Positions 1-10,299 of a DNA stretch of 29,359 nucleotides are shown here, piece by piece. Source of the DNA: Chiloscyllium plagiosum (taxonomy: Eukaryota); NCBI RefSeq assembly GCF_004010195.1, contig NC_057718.1:37567650-37597008 (forward strand), written 5' to 3'. Made by a program: the position numbers and the translations under genes. Below the pieces are notes generated by a model. That model saw only the letters and a program-made list of their open reading frames with translations, did no database searches and was not told the origin of the DNA. The first letter of the stretch is position 1. Every line of letters starts with the position of its first letter.

Positions 1-275
1 CCCTTCGGCCCAACAAGTCCACACCGACCCGCCGAAGCGAAACCCACCCATACCCCTACATTTACCCCTTACCTAACACTACGGGCAATTTAGTATGGCC
101 AATTCACCTGACCTTGCAGGTCTTTGGACTGTGGGAGGAAACCGGAGCACCCGGAGGAAACCCACGCAGACACGGGGAGAACTTGCAAACTTGCAAGTCT
201 CCTGAGGCGGGAATTGAACCCGGGTCTCTGGCGCTGTGAGGCAGCAATGCTAACCACTGTGCCACCGTGCCGCCC
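1..275 (-). mobile_element. HE1-like V-SINE (tRNA-derived head, V domain, CR1-derived tail); 3' end runs off the window
   Basis: Minus strand starts GGGCGGCACGGTGGCACAGTGGTTAGC with A box (254-264) and B box GGTTCAATTCC (210-220). V-domain TTCTCCCCGTGTCTGCGTGGGTTTCCTCCGGGTGCTCCGGTTTCCTCCCACAGTCCAAAGA is present. Tail CCCTTCGGCCCAAC (1-14) matches the CR1 3'UTR at 5425-5438. Confidence 0.92.
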
Positions 276-417
276 ACAAATTTCTAATATGCATGCCACA
301 ATCTTTATTGTAAAATTGCATAAATAGTAAATAAGTAATATATTTTACTTTCTGCAGTGCCCTGTAAAGAATTCGTCAATGCGATCTGTTGATTGCCCTG
401 ATTGATGACATCACTAC

Positions 418-506
418 TGCTGGGTTTGGAGAAAGGTCTATGACTTAATTCAAATTAATGCTGGGTTTGGCGAAAAGCCAATGACTTAATTCAAATTAAT
501 GTTGGG
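418..506. repeat. 41-bp tandem repeat, about 2.2 copies
   Basis: TGCTGGGTTTGG(A/C)GAAA...ATGACTTAATTCAAATTAA at 418-458 and 459-499, then partial TGTTGGG. Confidence 0.9.
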
Positions 507-829
507 AATGTGGAAATCCACACAACAAGTCACTGGATCATAGTGGACAGCATGTTTAGAGTTTACCTTAGAGCACCATTGCTTTGTCACTAATCATAAC
601 ATCCGTGCTAAAGTACATGCAAGACATCAAAGCTGTTTCACCAAAGAAAGTAAATGTGATTTAATTCATTAGCCTTTCTCAGTAATTGATAAACACCTCA
701 CAAAAATTGGAGCCAATTTAAGTTCTTATACTAGGCATAAACAGGATGGTAGCTGTGTGAAAATTGCATTAACTCACTTCCAGCCACTTTTTGGGATTAT
801 ATCTGTAATCATAGTGGATGAGGTTAAGA

Positions 830-848
830 AGAATGAATGAATGAATGA
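830..848. repeat. (GAAT)n microsatellite
   Basis: AGAATGAATGAATGAATGA read directly. Confidence 0.8.
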
Positions 849-1140
849 CGTCTGTTGAAATTTGGCATCACCAATGGACACAGGCAACATGTTGGCATTG
901 ACCAGCCTAACCAAAGCCCTAAAACAGATCACTGAAGACCACTTGAAAGGTGAGCAAGTATTTTTTTAATTATCATTTTTGTGCAACCAAAATAAGTCTG
1001 CAAAAAAAACCTACTTAAATCCTGCCTCACCACAGGCTCCAATTGTCGGCTAACTTTGCACACTTAGATTAGTGGCATGTTACCATTCAGTCAGCTGAAC
1101 CAGCAAAGGAGGTTTCAAAGTAACAACTCATTGATTTCTG

Positions 1141-1250
1141 CCACTCCTTCAGTGCTGCATTGAGTATCAGCCAAGAACACGCACTCAATTCTGAAGGAGT
1201 AGTTAAACCCATGACCTTTTGAATCAGAAAAGAGGATTCTAAACTAACAG
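1141..1250 (-). mobile_element. Old tRNA-derived SINE head fragment (DeuSINE/SacSINE1-like)
   Basis: CACTCCTTCAGTGCTGCATTGAGTATCAGCC...TTAAACCCATGACCTTTTGAATCAGA resembles the antisense 5' part of shark Deu-type SINEs with a decayed B box. Recalled similarity only. Confidence 0.5.
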
Positions 1251-1654
1251 ACATGTAGCTGGAAGTTATGGGAATGAACCTTGAATTTTATCCAAATTGT
1301 GAACTTCAGTACCTTAGAATAGGGTGTGAGATTCTAAAAAGGGATGTGGTAATGGCATACACCTTATTTGATGTTTTCTCTCATGATATGTTGGATAGCA
1401 TTATAACATAAGAGGTAACTTGGACATGTCTCTTCCAAGGATTCTTGAAAGCATTCTACTGTTTCTTTTTGCAAAGTTGTGTGACACCGGAGTATGTACC
1501 CATCGGGTGCAATAGGCTAATCATTGGGCTTTCACAACCAGTTTCACAAATGCATTGCTATGGCTTTGCAGGGGACCTTGAAGGTATTAGTTGAAAAAAA
1601 TCAAGGGATACCCAGTTAGATCAACAACTGTATTGGTCTTAACTGAAACCAATT

Positions 1655-1960
1655 TCTATCTCTGTATCCTTTGGTGATGAATCCAGACTAAGGAGCCATA
1701 ATCTTAAAATTAGAACAAAGCCATTTAAGTGCTGTTTTGGGAAAGACATTTTCACATCAAGGATAGTAAAAATCTGCAGATTTCTCCTCCAAAGGATGTG
1801 AATAAGAGGTCACTTGATATTTTGAAAATTGACACTATAGCTTGTTTAGTTAGACACAGAAGGATATCCTGCAGATCCTTGTAGATGGAGTTGAGGTATA
1901 AATCATTCATAACCCTGTCAGACCATCATGTGTGCCTGAGGGTCCTCCAGTTGGTTCTAT
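1655..1960 (+). mobile_element. Degraded CR1 LINE 3' end
   Basis: Translates as a decayed CR1 ORF2 C-terminus (LYPLVMNPD/..SHNLKIRTKPFK..GKDIFTSRIVKI), followed by 3'UTR-like sequence. Confidence 0.7.
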
Positions 1961-4136
1961 GGTTAAGACCGTATGAGGGAATAGAAAAGAACCTACATCC
2001 CATCATCATACATATGATGTCACAAAACTAGACCAATGTATAGTGTCAGCAACATCACTGTAGTATTATAAGCAGGTTCATGTTCTTGTTTATTTCATTT
2101 TATTAATACCAATGTAATTTAAGTACCAGTTGCTCAGAAGAAAGTTATTTTGATGACTTTATAACACACTAGAATGATTCAAATAAATGTACTCTCTTGT
2201 AGTGTTAATGTTTATAATCAGAAAATATCTGTACATTTTCTACGATGATTTAATAATTTACCAATGATATTTAAACTATGAAAAAGGATATAAATGTATT
2301 TAACTTCAATAATGAAGAGCAGCAAAATATTTATAACTTTCCATAACTCTGATGGCAAGCAAAGGTGGATTGGGTAGGACCAGTAGATGGTCTGTGGAGA
2401 TTTTGGCCCTACCTTAGTGGTTTGAGGATAAAAAGTTTAAGAATTACAAATTAAGAGAATAGCAAAACAAGTTTGAAGAGCTGAATGAACTATACATGTC
2501 ACAATGTTCCTATAATTCTTGACAAGAATTTTGTCAACACTTTTACATGGTGGAATCGTATAGCTTCTCTGCTGTAAACTAGTCCATTTGCCAACCACAG
2601 CACCTAATAATGCAAAGAGAAGTGCAGAGATGAGAAGTTGCATTCTTTTTAAAATTAAAGTCTTCATGAGGCAAAAAAAAGCATTGCAGAATTGACATTA
2701 TGTTTTATATGGGAACACAGCAGTATTGAAAACAAAAGATAGTCATTTGAATGTGATTGAAGGAAGATCGTCAGCAGATAATAAAAGAAAAAGAATCTTA
2801 AATTTACCTTCTCCATATTTCTTGAATAAAATATAAATCTCTGACTTTTTTATATTAATCATAGAAATTGATGTGAATTTGCCTCCAACTGGCTGTTTTA
2901 CCTAATGCAGCAGCGCTAATGCGAGCACTGTGATGTAACAAAGCTGGGTGGAGCTGTTGTGGTGCTGAAGATTACAACAGACATTTGAAGAAAGAACCAA
3001 CTAACAACTAATGAGCAAACATTATATTCCTTAGGCACTGAGTGTCTGGTCTAACATTAAACTGTGATCTTTGAACAGGTAAGCATACATTCAATAGAAT
3101 ATCATGCCTGAAATGATCTGAGGTAAGATGGAGTATGAGATCATTATACCCTCCGGGCACATGCCATGATGCAGTGAGAATATCACAAGCATGTTTTGTA
3201 AATTTGTATTCCACATGAGGCATAACATAACAATAGTACCGTTCTTCTGAAAATTAATTTGCAAAAAGCATTCTCTTCTCACTTTAAAATTTTTGTCATA
3301 TAAGAATAACAAAGTGCACAATCGAATTCTGCTGTAAAACCAAAAGAATATCGTGTTTTATTTAACTGTAGAATTGTAACTTGATCATTTTCAAGGTGTA
3401 CATCTGGAAAACACATCTTTTATTCCTTCAATAACCTTGAAGATGTTGACTTTCACATAATTCTTTGATTAAGCAATGAAGGGAAATCTCTGAGCCCAAA
3501 TCCATGGAGGGTTCAGATCAGAGTTAAACCACATCTCCTGCAGTGCTGGAATTTATTTCAAGGACAATAAAAAGTAATTCTAAAGGTGTGTCATATATCA
3601 TAACAGCTCTGTTAAAGTTTCAAATGAGCACATTTACAATTGCAATAATTGGTTGAACTGGAGCTATTGTCTCACACGTCAAACTGTAACACATTTAAAT
3701 GACCCTGTCTTTTCCCCATTAGTTTTCTGTCTTGTCAGTATATTATGATTTGTGCTTTATTCACAGGCAGTATATAAATAAATGTCCTCAACTGTGGCTG
3801 AATTACTGACATGGTAATATTTAAAAATGATTACTATTGCCTTGTAATTCTTTCATTGTTTTATATGTGCAGTAAAATAACCCTTCAAAGGTATCAAGTA
3901 ATGGGTGTTCTTGGGAAAACTGTCAGAAAATTCTTTCATCATTAGATTACTTTAAGAGATTATTATGCTATCATTTTATGGGAAATACTTATCATGTCTC
4001 TGTGAGAAATGTAATTAATATATACAGAATTACTTATAAAGGCACACATGAGGTAAAATTCTATATTCAGAGTCAAAACACATTATGACTATAATGTGAA
4101 CACAATTTCTAGTTTGTTTGGAGTTACAAATTTCAG

Positions 4137-4700
4137 AGAAACAGAATAGTTACAGTACAGAAGGAGACTCTGAGTCCACTGTGTCAGTGCCAGCTCTCTG
4201 CAAGAGGTAGTCCCATTCCTTCTGCTGTTCCTCACAGTCCTGCAAATATTTTCTCCAGACAACCTTCAGTTTCCTTTTGGAATCCATGATTGAATCTGCC
4301 TTTACGACATGTTCGAGTTCTTAGCTGTGAACTGCATAAACAAAAAGTTTTCCTTACATCAATGATACTTTTCTTATCAATTAGTTTAAATCAGTGTCCT
4401 TTGAATCTTGAGCCATTCACCAATGGAAAGAGCTTTTCTCTCTTAATTACTTTGTGTCACAGTTTCTCATTATTTTGAACATCTCTAACAAACCTCCTGT
4501 TCATCCTTTCTAAATCAATGAGGACAGCCACAGCATCTCTAGTGTATCCTTGAAACTGAATTCCTTGTCCCATAAACTAATCTCAGAACTCTTTTTGAGT
4601 GTGGAGCCCAGAACGGGACTCAATATTCCTGTTGAGGTTGAACCAGGTATAATTTACAAATTTATCATAATGTTATCGGGTTTTTCACTCGCTGCTCCTG
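4137..4700 (-). mobile_element. Degraded CR1 LINE 3' portion
   Basis: Antisense CR1 tail (ACAGAATAGTTACAGTACAGAAGGAG) and ORF2 C-terminal remnants, e.g. GGAGCCCAGAACGGGACTCAATATTCC = EY*VPFWAP, matching the CR1 'EYCVQFWSP' motif. Confidence 0.75.
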
Positions 4701-4714
4701 TTGTGTTTTTTTGA

Positions 4715-5000
4715 CACTTTCACAAGATGTGGATGAAGCTATTTAGGCTAGAACCTGTTGCATTTTCCCATTGCAATCGTGTCACCTGCAGTGCTATTGG
4801 GAAGGGAGCTCCAGGATTGTGACCCAGCAATCGAACAGTACAAGAATGGCAGTATAACTCCAAGTCAGGGTGGTGTGTAGCTTGGAGGATGACCGGTTGG
4901 CGGGGATACCTCCCAGTACAAGCCCTTCTAAGTGAGAGAGGTCATGGGTTTTAAAGGTGCTAAGACAGAAGGCTTGATCAGCCATTCAATATGATCTTGT
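4715..5000 (-). mobile_element. 3' end of an old CR1-group LINE (probably the same family as 10148-11290 and 23450-24070)
   Basis: GGGAAGGGAGCTCCAGGATTGTGACCCAGCAA reads ..AGSQSWSSLP on the minus strand (WNSLP motif). The tail resembles the 3' ends of the SINEs at 16.3 and 20.2 kb. Confidence 0.6.
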
Positions 5001-5473
5001 AAAGTAAGTCCCAGTTTTAAGCTGTTGTACTTTAAAATGGGATATGCTTGGGAATTTCAATAAGGGAAAAATGAAATGCATGGTATTGCAATTAATGCTG
5101 TGTCAATTCTTACATTTAATTCTGTGATTGAGGTCTGAGATGCAGTAACAAGGATAGTAACTGTCTAATTATAATATTCTAGCATGGTAAATATGTGATG
5201 GAAATGCATTAGGTCTTGCCTCCCTAATCTGGAAGGTATATTTCAAATAATGGCTTTTTGAGTGTACAAGTGTGAGCCAACTATTTTAAGATAAAATACT
5301 TTTGTTGCTAAATATGCTTCTGATTTTGTGCCAATTTAAATACTGTGATGTCTAGGAAATCAATGATTTCCTTCACTGATCATAGAGTCATAGAGTCTTA
5401 GAGGTGTACAAGCATGGAAACAGACCCTTCGGTCCAACCCGTCCATGCCGACCAGATATCCCAACCCAATCTA

Positions 5474-5800
5474 GTCCAACCTGCCAGCACCCGGCCCATA
5501 TCCCTCCAAACCCCTCCTATTTATATACCCATCCAAATGCCTCTTAAATTTTGTATTTGTACCAGCCTCCACCACATGCTCTGGCAGTTCATTCCATACA
5601 CGTACCATCCTCTGTGTGAAACAGTTGTCCCTTAGGTCCAACCTGCCAGCACCCGGCCCATATCCCTCCAAACCCCTCCTATTTATATACCCATCCAAAT
5701 GCCTCTTAAATTTTACATTTGTACCAGCCTCCACCACATGCTCTGGCAGTTCATTCCATACACGTACCATCCTCTGTGTGAAACAGTTGTCCCTTAGGTC
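5474..5800. repeat. 162-bp tandem duplication inside the CR1 3' end
   Basis: Units 5474-5635 and 5636-5797 are identical except for 2 nt (TTTTGTA/TTTTACA); GTC microhomology at the junction. Confidence 0.95.
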
Positions 5801-7230
5801 TCTTTTATATCTTTCCCCTCTCACCCTAAACTTATGCCCTCTAGTTCTGGACTCCCCCCCTCATAATTTTATAAGCCTCTATAAGGTCACCCCTCAGCCT
5901 CCGACACTCCAGGGAAAACAGCCCCAGTCTGTTCAGCCTCTCCCTGTAGCTCAGATCCTCCAACCCTGGCAACATCCTTGTAAATCTTTTCTGAACCCTT
6001 TCAAGTTTCACAACATCTTTTCGACAGGAAAGAGACCAGAATTGCACGCAATATTCCAACAGTGGATTAACCAATGTCCTGTACAGCCGCAACATGACCT
6101 CCCAACTCCTGTACACAATACTCTGACCAATAAAGGAAAGCATACCAAACACCTTCTTCGCTATCCTATCTACCTGTGACTCCACTTTCAAGGAGCTATG
6201 AACCTGCACTCCAAGGGCTCTTTGTTCAGCAACACTCCCTAGGACCTTACCATTAAGTGTATAAGTCCTGCTAAGATTTACTTTCCCAAAATGCAGCACC
6301 TCGCATTTATCTGAATTTAAACTCCATCTGCCACTTCTCAGCCCATTGGCCCATCTGGTCCAGATCCTGTTGTAACCTGAGGTAACCCTCTTCGCTGTCC
6401 ACTAAACCTCCAATTTTGGTGTCATCTGCAAAACTTACTAACTGCACTTCTTATGCTCGCATCCAAATCATTTATGTAAATGACAAAAAGTAGAGGGCCC
6501 AGCACCGAACCTTGTGGCACTCCACTGGTCACAGGCCACCAGTCTGAAAAACAATCCTCCACCACCACCCTCTGTCTTCTACCTTTGAGCCAGTTCTGTA
6601 TCCAACTGGCTAGTTCTCCCTGTATTCCATGAGATCTAACCTTGCTAATCAGTCTCCAATGGGGAACCATTGTCGAACACCTTACTGAAGTCCATATACA
6701 TCACATCTACTGCTCTGTCCTCATCAATCTTCTTTGTTACTTCTTCAAAAATCTCAATCAAGTTTGTGAGATTTCCCACGCACAAAGCCATGTTGACTAT
6801 CCCTAATCAGTCCTTGCCTTTCCAAATACATGTACATCCTGTCCCTCAGGATTCCCTCCAACAACTTGCCCACCACCGAGGATCACTGGTCTATAGTTCC
6901 CTGGCTTGTCTTTACCGCCCTTCTTAAACAGTGGCACCAAGTTTGCCAACCTCCAGTCTTCCGGCACCTCACCTGTGACTATCGATGATACAAATATCTC
7001 AGCAAGAGGCCAGCAAACACTTCTCTAGCTTCCCACAGAGTTCTCGGGTACACCTGATCAGGCCCTGGGGCTTTATCCACCTATTAAACATTTCAAGATA
7101 TCCAGCATTTCCTCCTCTGTAATCTGGACATTTTGCAAGATGTCACCATCTATTTCCCTACCGTCTATATCTTCCATATCCTTTTCCACAGTAAATACTG
7201 ATACAAAATATTCATTTAGTACCTCCCCCA

Positions 7231-7307
7231 TTTTCTGTGGCTCCACACAAAGGCTGCCTTGCTGATCTTTTCTGTGGCTCCACACAAAGGCTGCCTTGCT
7301 GATCTTT
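7231..7307. repeat. 37-bp perfect tandem duplication inside CR1 ORF2
   Basis: TTTTCTGTGGCTCCACACAAAGGCTGCCTTGCTGATC at 7231-7267 and 7268-7304. Confidence 0.95.
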
Positions 7308-8213
7308 GACGGGGCCCTATTCTCTCACTAGTTACCCTTTCGTCCTTAATATATTTGTAAAAACCCTTTGGATTCTCCTTAATTCTATTTGCCAAAGCTA
7401 TCTCATGTCCCCGTTTTGCCCTCCTGATTTTCCTCTTAAGTATACTCCTACTTCCTTTATACTCTTCTAAGGATTCACTCGATCTATCCTGTCTATACCT
7501 GACATGTGCTTCCTTCTTTTTCTTAACCAAACCTTCCATTTCTTTAGTCATCCAACATTCTCTGTATCTACCAACCTTCCCTTTCACCCTGACAGGAATA
7601 TACTTTCTCTGGATTCTCGTTATCTAATTTCTGAAGGCTTCCCATTTTTCAGTTGTCCCTTTATCTGTGAACATCTGCCTCCAATCAGCTTTCGAAAGTT
7701 CTTGCCTAATACCATCAAAATTGGCCTTTCTCCAATTTAGGACTTCAACTTTTAGATCTGGTTTATTCTTTTCCATCACGATTTTAAAACGAATAGAATT
7801 ATGGTCGTTGGCCCCAAAGTGCTCCCCCACTGACACCTCAGTCACCTGCCCTGCCTTATTTCCCAAGAGTAGGTCAAGTTTTGCACCTTCTCTAGTAGGT
7901 ACATCCACATACTGAATGAGAAAATTGTCTTTTACACACTTAAGAAATTCCTCTCCATCTAAATCTTTAACACTATGGCACTCCCAGTCAATGTTTGGAA
8001 AGTTAAAATCCCCTAACATAACTACCCTATTATTCTTACAGATAGCTGAGATTTCCTTACAAGTTTGTTTCTCAATTTGCCTCTGACTATTGGGGATCTA
8101 TAATACAATCCCAATAAGGTGATCATCCCTTTCTTATTTTTCAGTTCCATCCAAATAACTTCCCTGGATGTATTTCCAGGAATATCCTCCCTTAGCACAG
8201 CTGTAATGCTATC

Positions 8214-8546
8214 NNNNNNNNNNNNNNNNNNNNNNNNNNNNNNNNNNNNNNNNNNNNNNNNNNNNNNNNNNNNNNNNNNNNNNNNNNNNNNNNNNNNNNN
8301 NNNNNNNNNNNNNNNNNNNNNNNNNNNNNNNNNNNNNNNNNNNNNNNNNNNNNNNNNNNNNNNNNNNNNNNNNNNNNNNNNNNNNNNNNNNNNNNNNNNN
8401 NNNNNNNNNNNNNNNNNNNNNNNNNNNNNNNNNNNNNNNNNNNNNNNNNNNNNNNNNNNNNNNNNNNNNNNNNNNNNNNNNNNNNNNNNNNNNNNNNNNN
8501 NNNNNNNNNNNNNNNNNNNNNNNNNNNNNNNNNNNNNNNNNNNNNN
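8214..8546. other. Assembly gap (333 N)
   Basis: Run of N. Confidence 1.
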
Positions 8547-8727
8547 TTTCTATCTTTCCTGTAGCATTTGTATCCTGGAACATTAAGCTGCCAGTCCTGC
8601 CCATTCCTGAGCCATGTTTCCGTAATTGCTATGATATCTCAGTCCCATGTTCCTAACCATGCCCTGAGTTCATCTGCCTTCCCTGTTAGGCCCCTTGCAT
8701 TGAAATAAATGCAGTCTAATTTATTAG

Positions 8728-8856
8728 CTGAAAAATGTGTTGCTGGAAAAGCGCAGCAGGTCAGGCAGCATCTAAGGAACAGGAGAATCGATGTTTAGGG
8801 CATAAGCCCTTCTTCCTGATGTGATCTCCAGCATCTGCAGTCCTCACTTTCTCCTG
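8728..8856. mobile_element. Short rearranged Penelope-like terminal-repeat insertion nested in the CR1, with TSD
   Basis: 8726-8815 matches 29251-29339 directly; 8822-8855 is the exact reverse complement of 29216-29249. Flanked by TAATTTATTAG (8717-8727 and 8860-8870). Confidence 0.85.
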
Positions 8857-8988
8857 GTTTAATTTATTAGTCCTACCTTGTCCCTGCCTGCCCTGACTGT
8901 TTGACTCACTTCTACTCTCAGCTGTACCAGTCTCAGGTCGATCTCTTTCCTCATTATCTCTCTGGGTCCCCCCCCCCCCGCCACCTTA

Positions 8989-9911
8989 CTAGTTTAAATC
9001 CTCCCAAGCAGTTCTAGCAAATTTCCCTGCCAGTATATTAGCCCCCTTCCAATTTAGGTGCAATCTTGTCCTTCTTGTCACTTCTGCCCCAAAAGAGATT
9101 CCAATGATCCATAAAGGTGAATCCTTCTCCCATACACCAGCTCCTCAGCCATGCATTCATCTGCTCTATCCTCCTATTCCTGCCCTCACTAGCTCGTAGC
9201 ACTAGGAGTAATCCAGATATTACTACCCTTGAGGACCACTTTTTTAAATTTATGCCTCACTCTCTGTAATCTCCCTTCAGAGTTTCAACCTTTTCCCTTC
9301 CAATGTCGTTTGTTCCAATGTGGACAATGACCTCCTGTTGGCCCCTCTCCCCCGTGAGAACATTCTGCACCCTCTCTGAGACATCCTTGATCCTGTCACC
9401 AGGGAAGCAACACACCATTCTGCTTTTTCTCTGCTGGCCACAGAAACGTCTGTCTGTACCTCAGACTACAGAACCCCCTAACACAATTGATCTCTTGGAA
9501 GCCAAAGTACCCCTCGTTGCATTAGAGCCTGTCTCAACACCAGAAACCTGGCTGTTCATGCTACATTCCCCTGAGAATCCATCACCCCCTACCTTTTCCA
9601 AAACAGCATACCTGTTTGAAATGGGTATATCCACAAAAGACTCCTGCCCTAGATGCCGACCTCTCTCACCCTTCCTGGAGTTAACCCATCTATGTGACTG
9701 TATCTGAGACTTCCCACACCCCCTCCTATAACTGCCATCCATCACATACTGTTGCTGTTGCAAATTCCTCATCGCTTCTATCTGTCTCTCCAACCGATCT
9801 AAAAAGGTTTGCATCCAACAGCATTTATGGCAGATATAATCCGCAGTAACCCTTAAACTTTCTTTAAACTCCCCACATCTGACAAGAAGTATATATCACT
9901 GCAAAGGCCAT
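8989..9911 (-). pseudogene. CR1 ORF1 (zinc finger / coiled coil + SGNH-GDSL esterase domain), disrupted
   Basis: ATG at 9911: MAFAVIYTSCQMW-(fs)-EFKESLRVTADYICHKCCWMQTFLDRLERQIE. Esterase blocks IVLGGSVV (GDS-type), CFPG, VHIGTND (~9304-9325), D-(fs)-LHLN. Stop at 8989-8991. Confidence 0.88.
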
Positions 9912-10147
9912 TTTTGCTCCTTCACAATCTACAGACCCAGAAAATAACACAGTCTTATTCCTCTACAAACACTGCCCCAGGTTAAGTTAATAGCTATGGC
10001 TTATATTTTAAGTTTAATCAAGAGACTTATCTACAAAAACATATAATCAAGAAAGAATCCACTATACTCACTACTGCAGCCATTCTCTTGGACAGACTTA
10101 AAACAACAATTAACTTATCAATATGTAGCCCTCATGAATAAGAGGGA

Positions 10148-10292
10148 TCTCTCCAATAAGAGAGATCCTAACCATCTGCCCTTGGCATTTGCAGGCATTG
10201 CCATCATGGAATCCCTCATGATTAATATCCTGGGCCTATCATTGTCCAGAAACTGAACTGGACCAGCTATATAGATACTGTTGCACAAAAAT
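10148..10292 (+). mobile_element. Old CR1-group LINE ORF2 fragment (post-RT region)
   Basis: ISNKRDPNHLPLAFAGIAIMESLMINILG..QKLNWTSY, homologous to 23675-23815 (IFNGTTIIEFPTINILVATIDEELNLASHIN). Confidence 0.75.
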
Positions 10293-10299
10293 TAAGATC

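Larger units (their letters stand above)
5471..8727 (-). pseudogene. CR1 ORF2 (apurinic-like endonuclease + reverse transcriptase), disrupted
   Basis: APE motifs CIYFNARGL...IIAITETWL (8547-8727), LGDFNFP, LDLLL, GANDH. RT motifs [19 protein letters not shown] and SKFADD (frameshifted at 6421-6439). C-terminus EYCVQFWS...RGDLIEAYKI...WNELPE. Several frameshifts, stops, duplications and one deletion. Confidence 0.93.
5380..10119 (-). mobile_element. Near full-length, inactivated CR1 LINE (HER1-like)
   Basis: (TCATAGAG)n tail at 5380-5403, 3'UTR, ORF2 RT and APE fragments in the ORF track, ORF1 and about 200 bp of 5'UTR. No clear TSD. Confidence 0.95.

Noticed and set aside
418..506. CRISPR-like repeat
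   Set aside because: Units are directly adjacent with no unique spacers, and the context is eukaryotic.
874..969. Short ORF MDTGNMLALTSLTKALKQITEDHLK with a good splice donor AAG|GTGAGC at 949/950
   Set aside because: No recognisable homology, promoter or downstream exon; such matches are expected by chance. RNA-seq junctions would be needed.
2437..2667. 76-aa minus-strand ORF with a signal-peptide-like N-terminus
   Set aside because: Hydrophobic runs are common in T-rich random frames; no family motif recognised.
5616..7915. Plus-strand ORFs over the CR1
   Set aside because: Antisense shadows of LINE ORF2.
8119..8604. ORFs of 155 aa and 131 aa in the track
   Set aside because: Artefacts of translating through the N gap.
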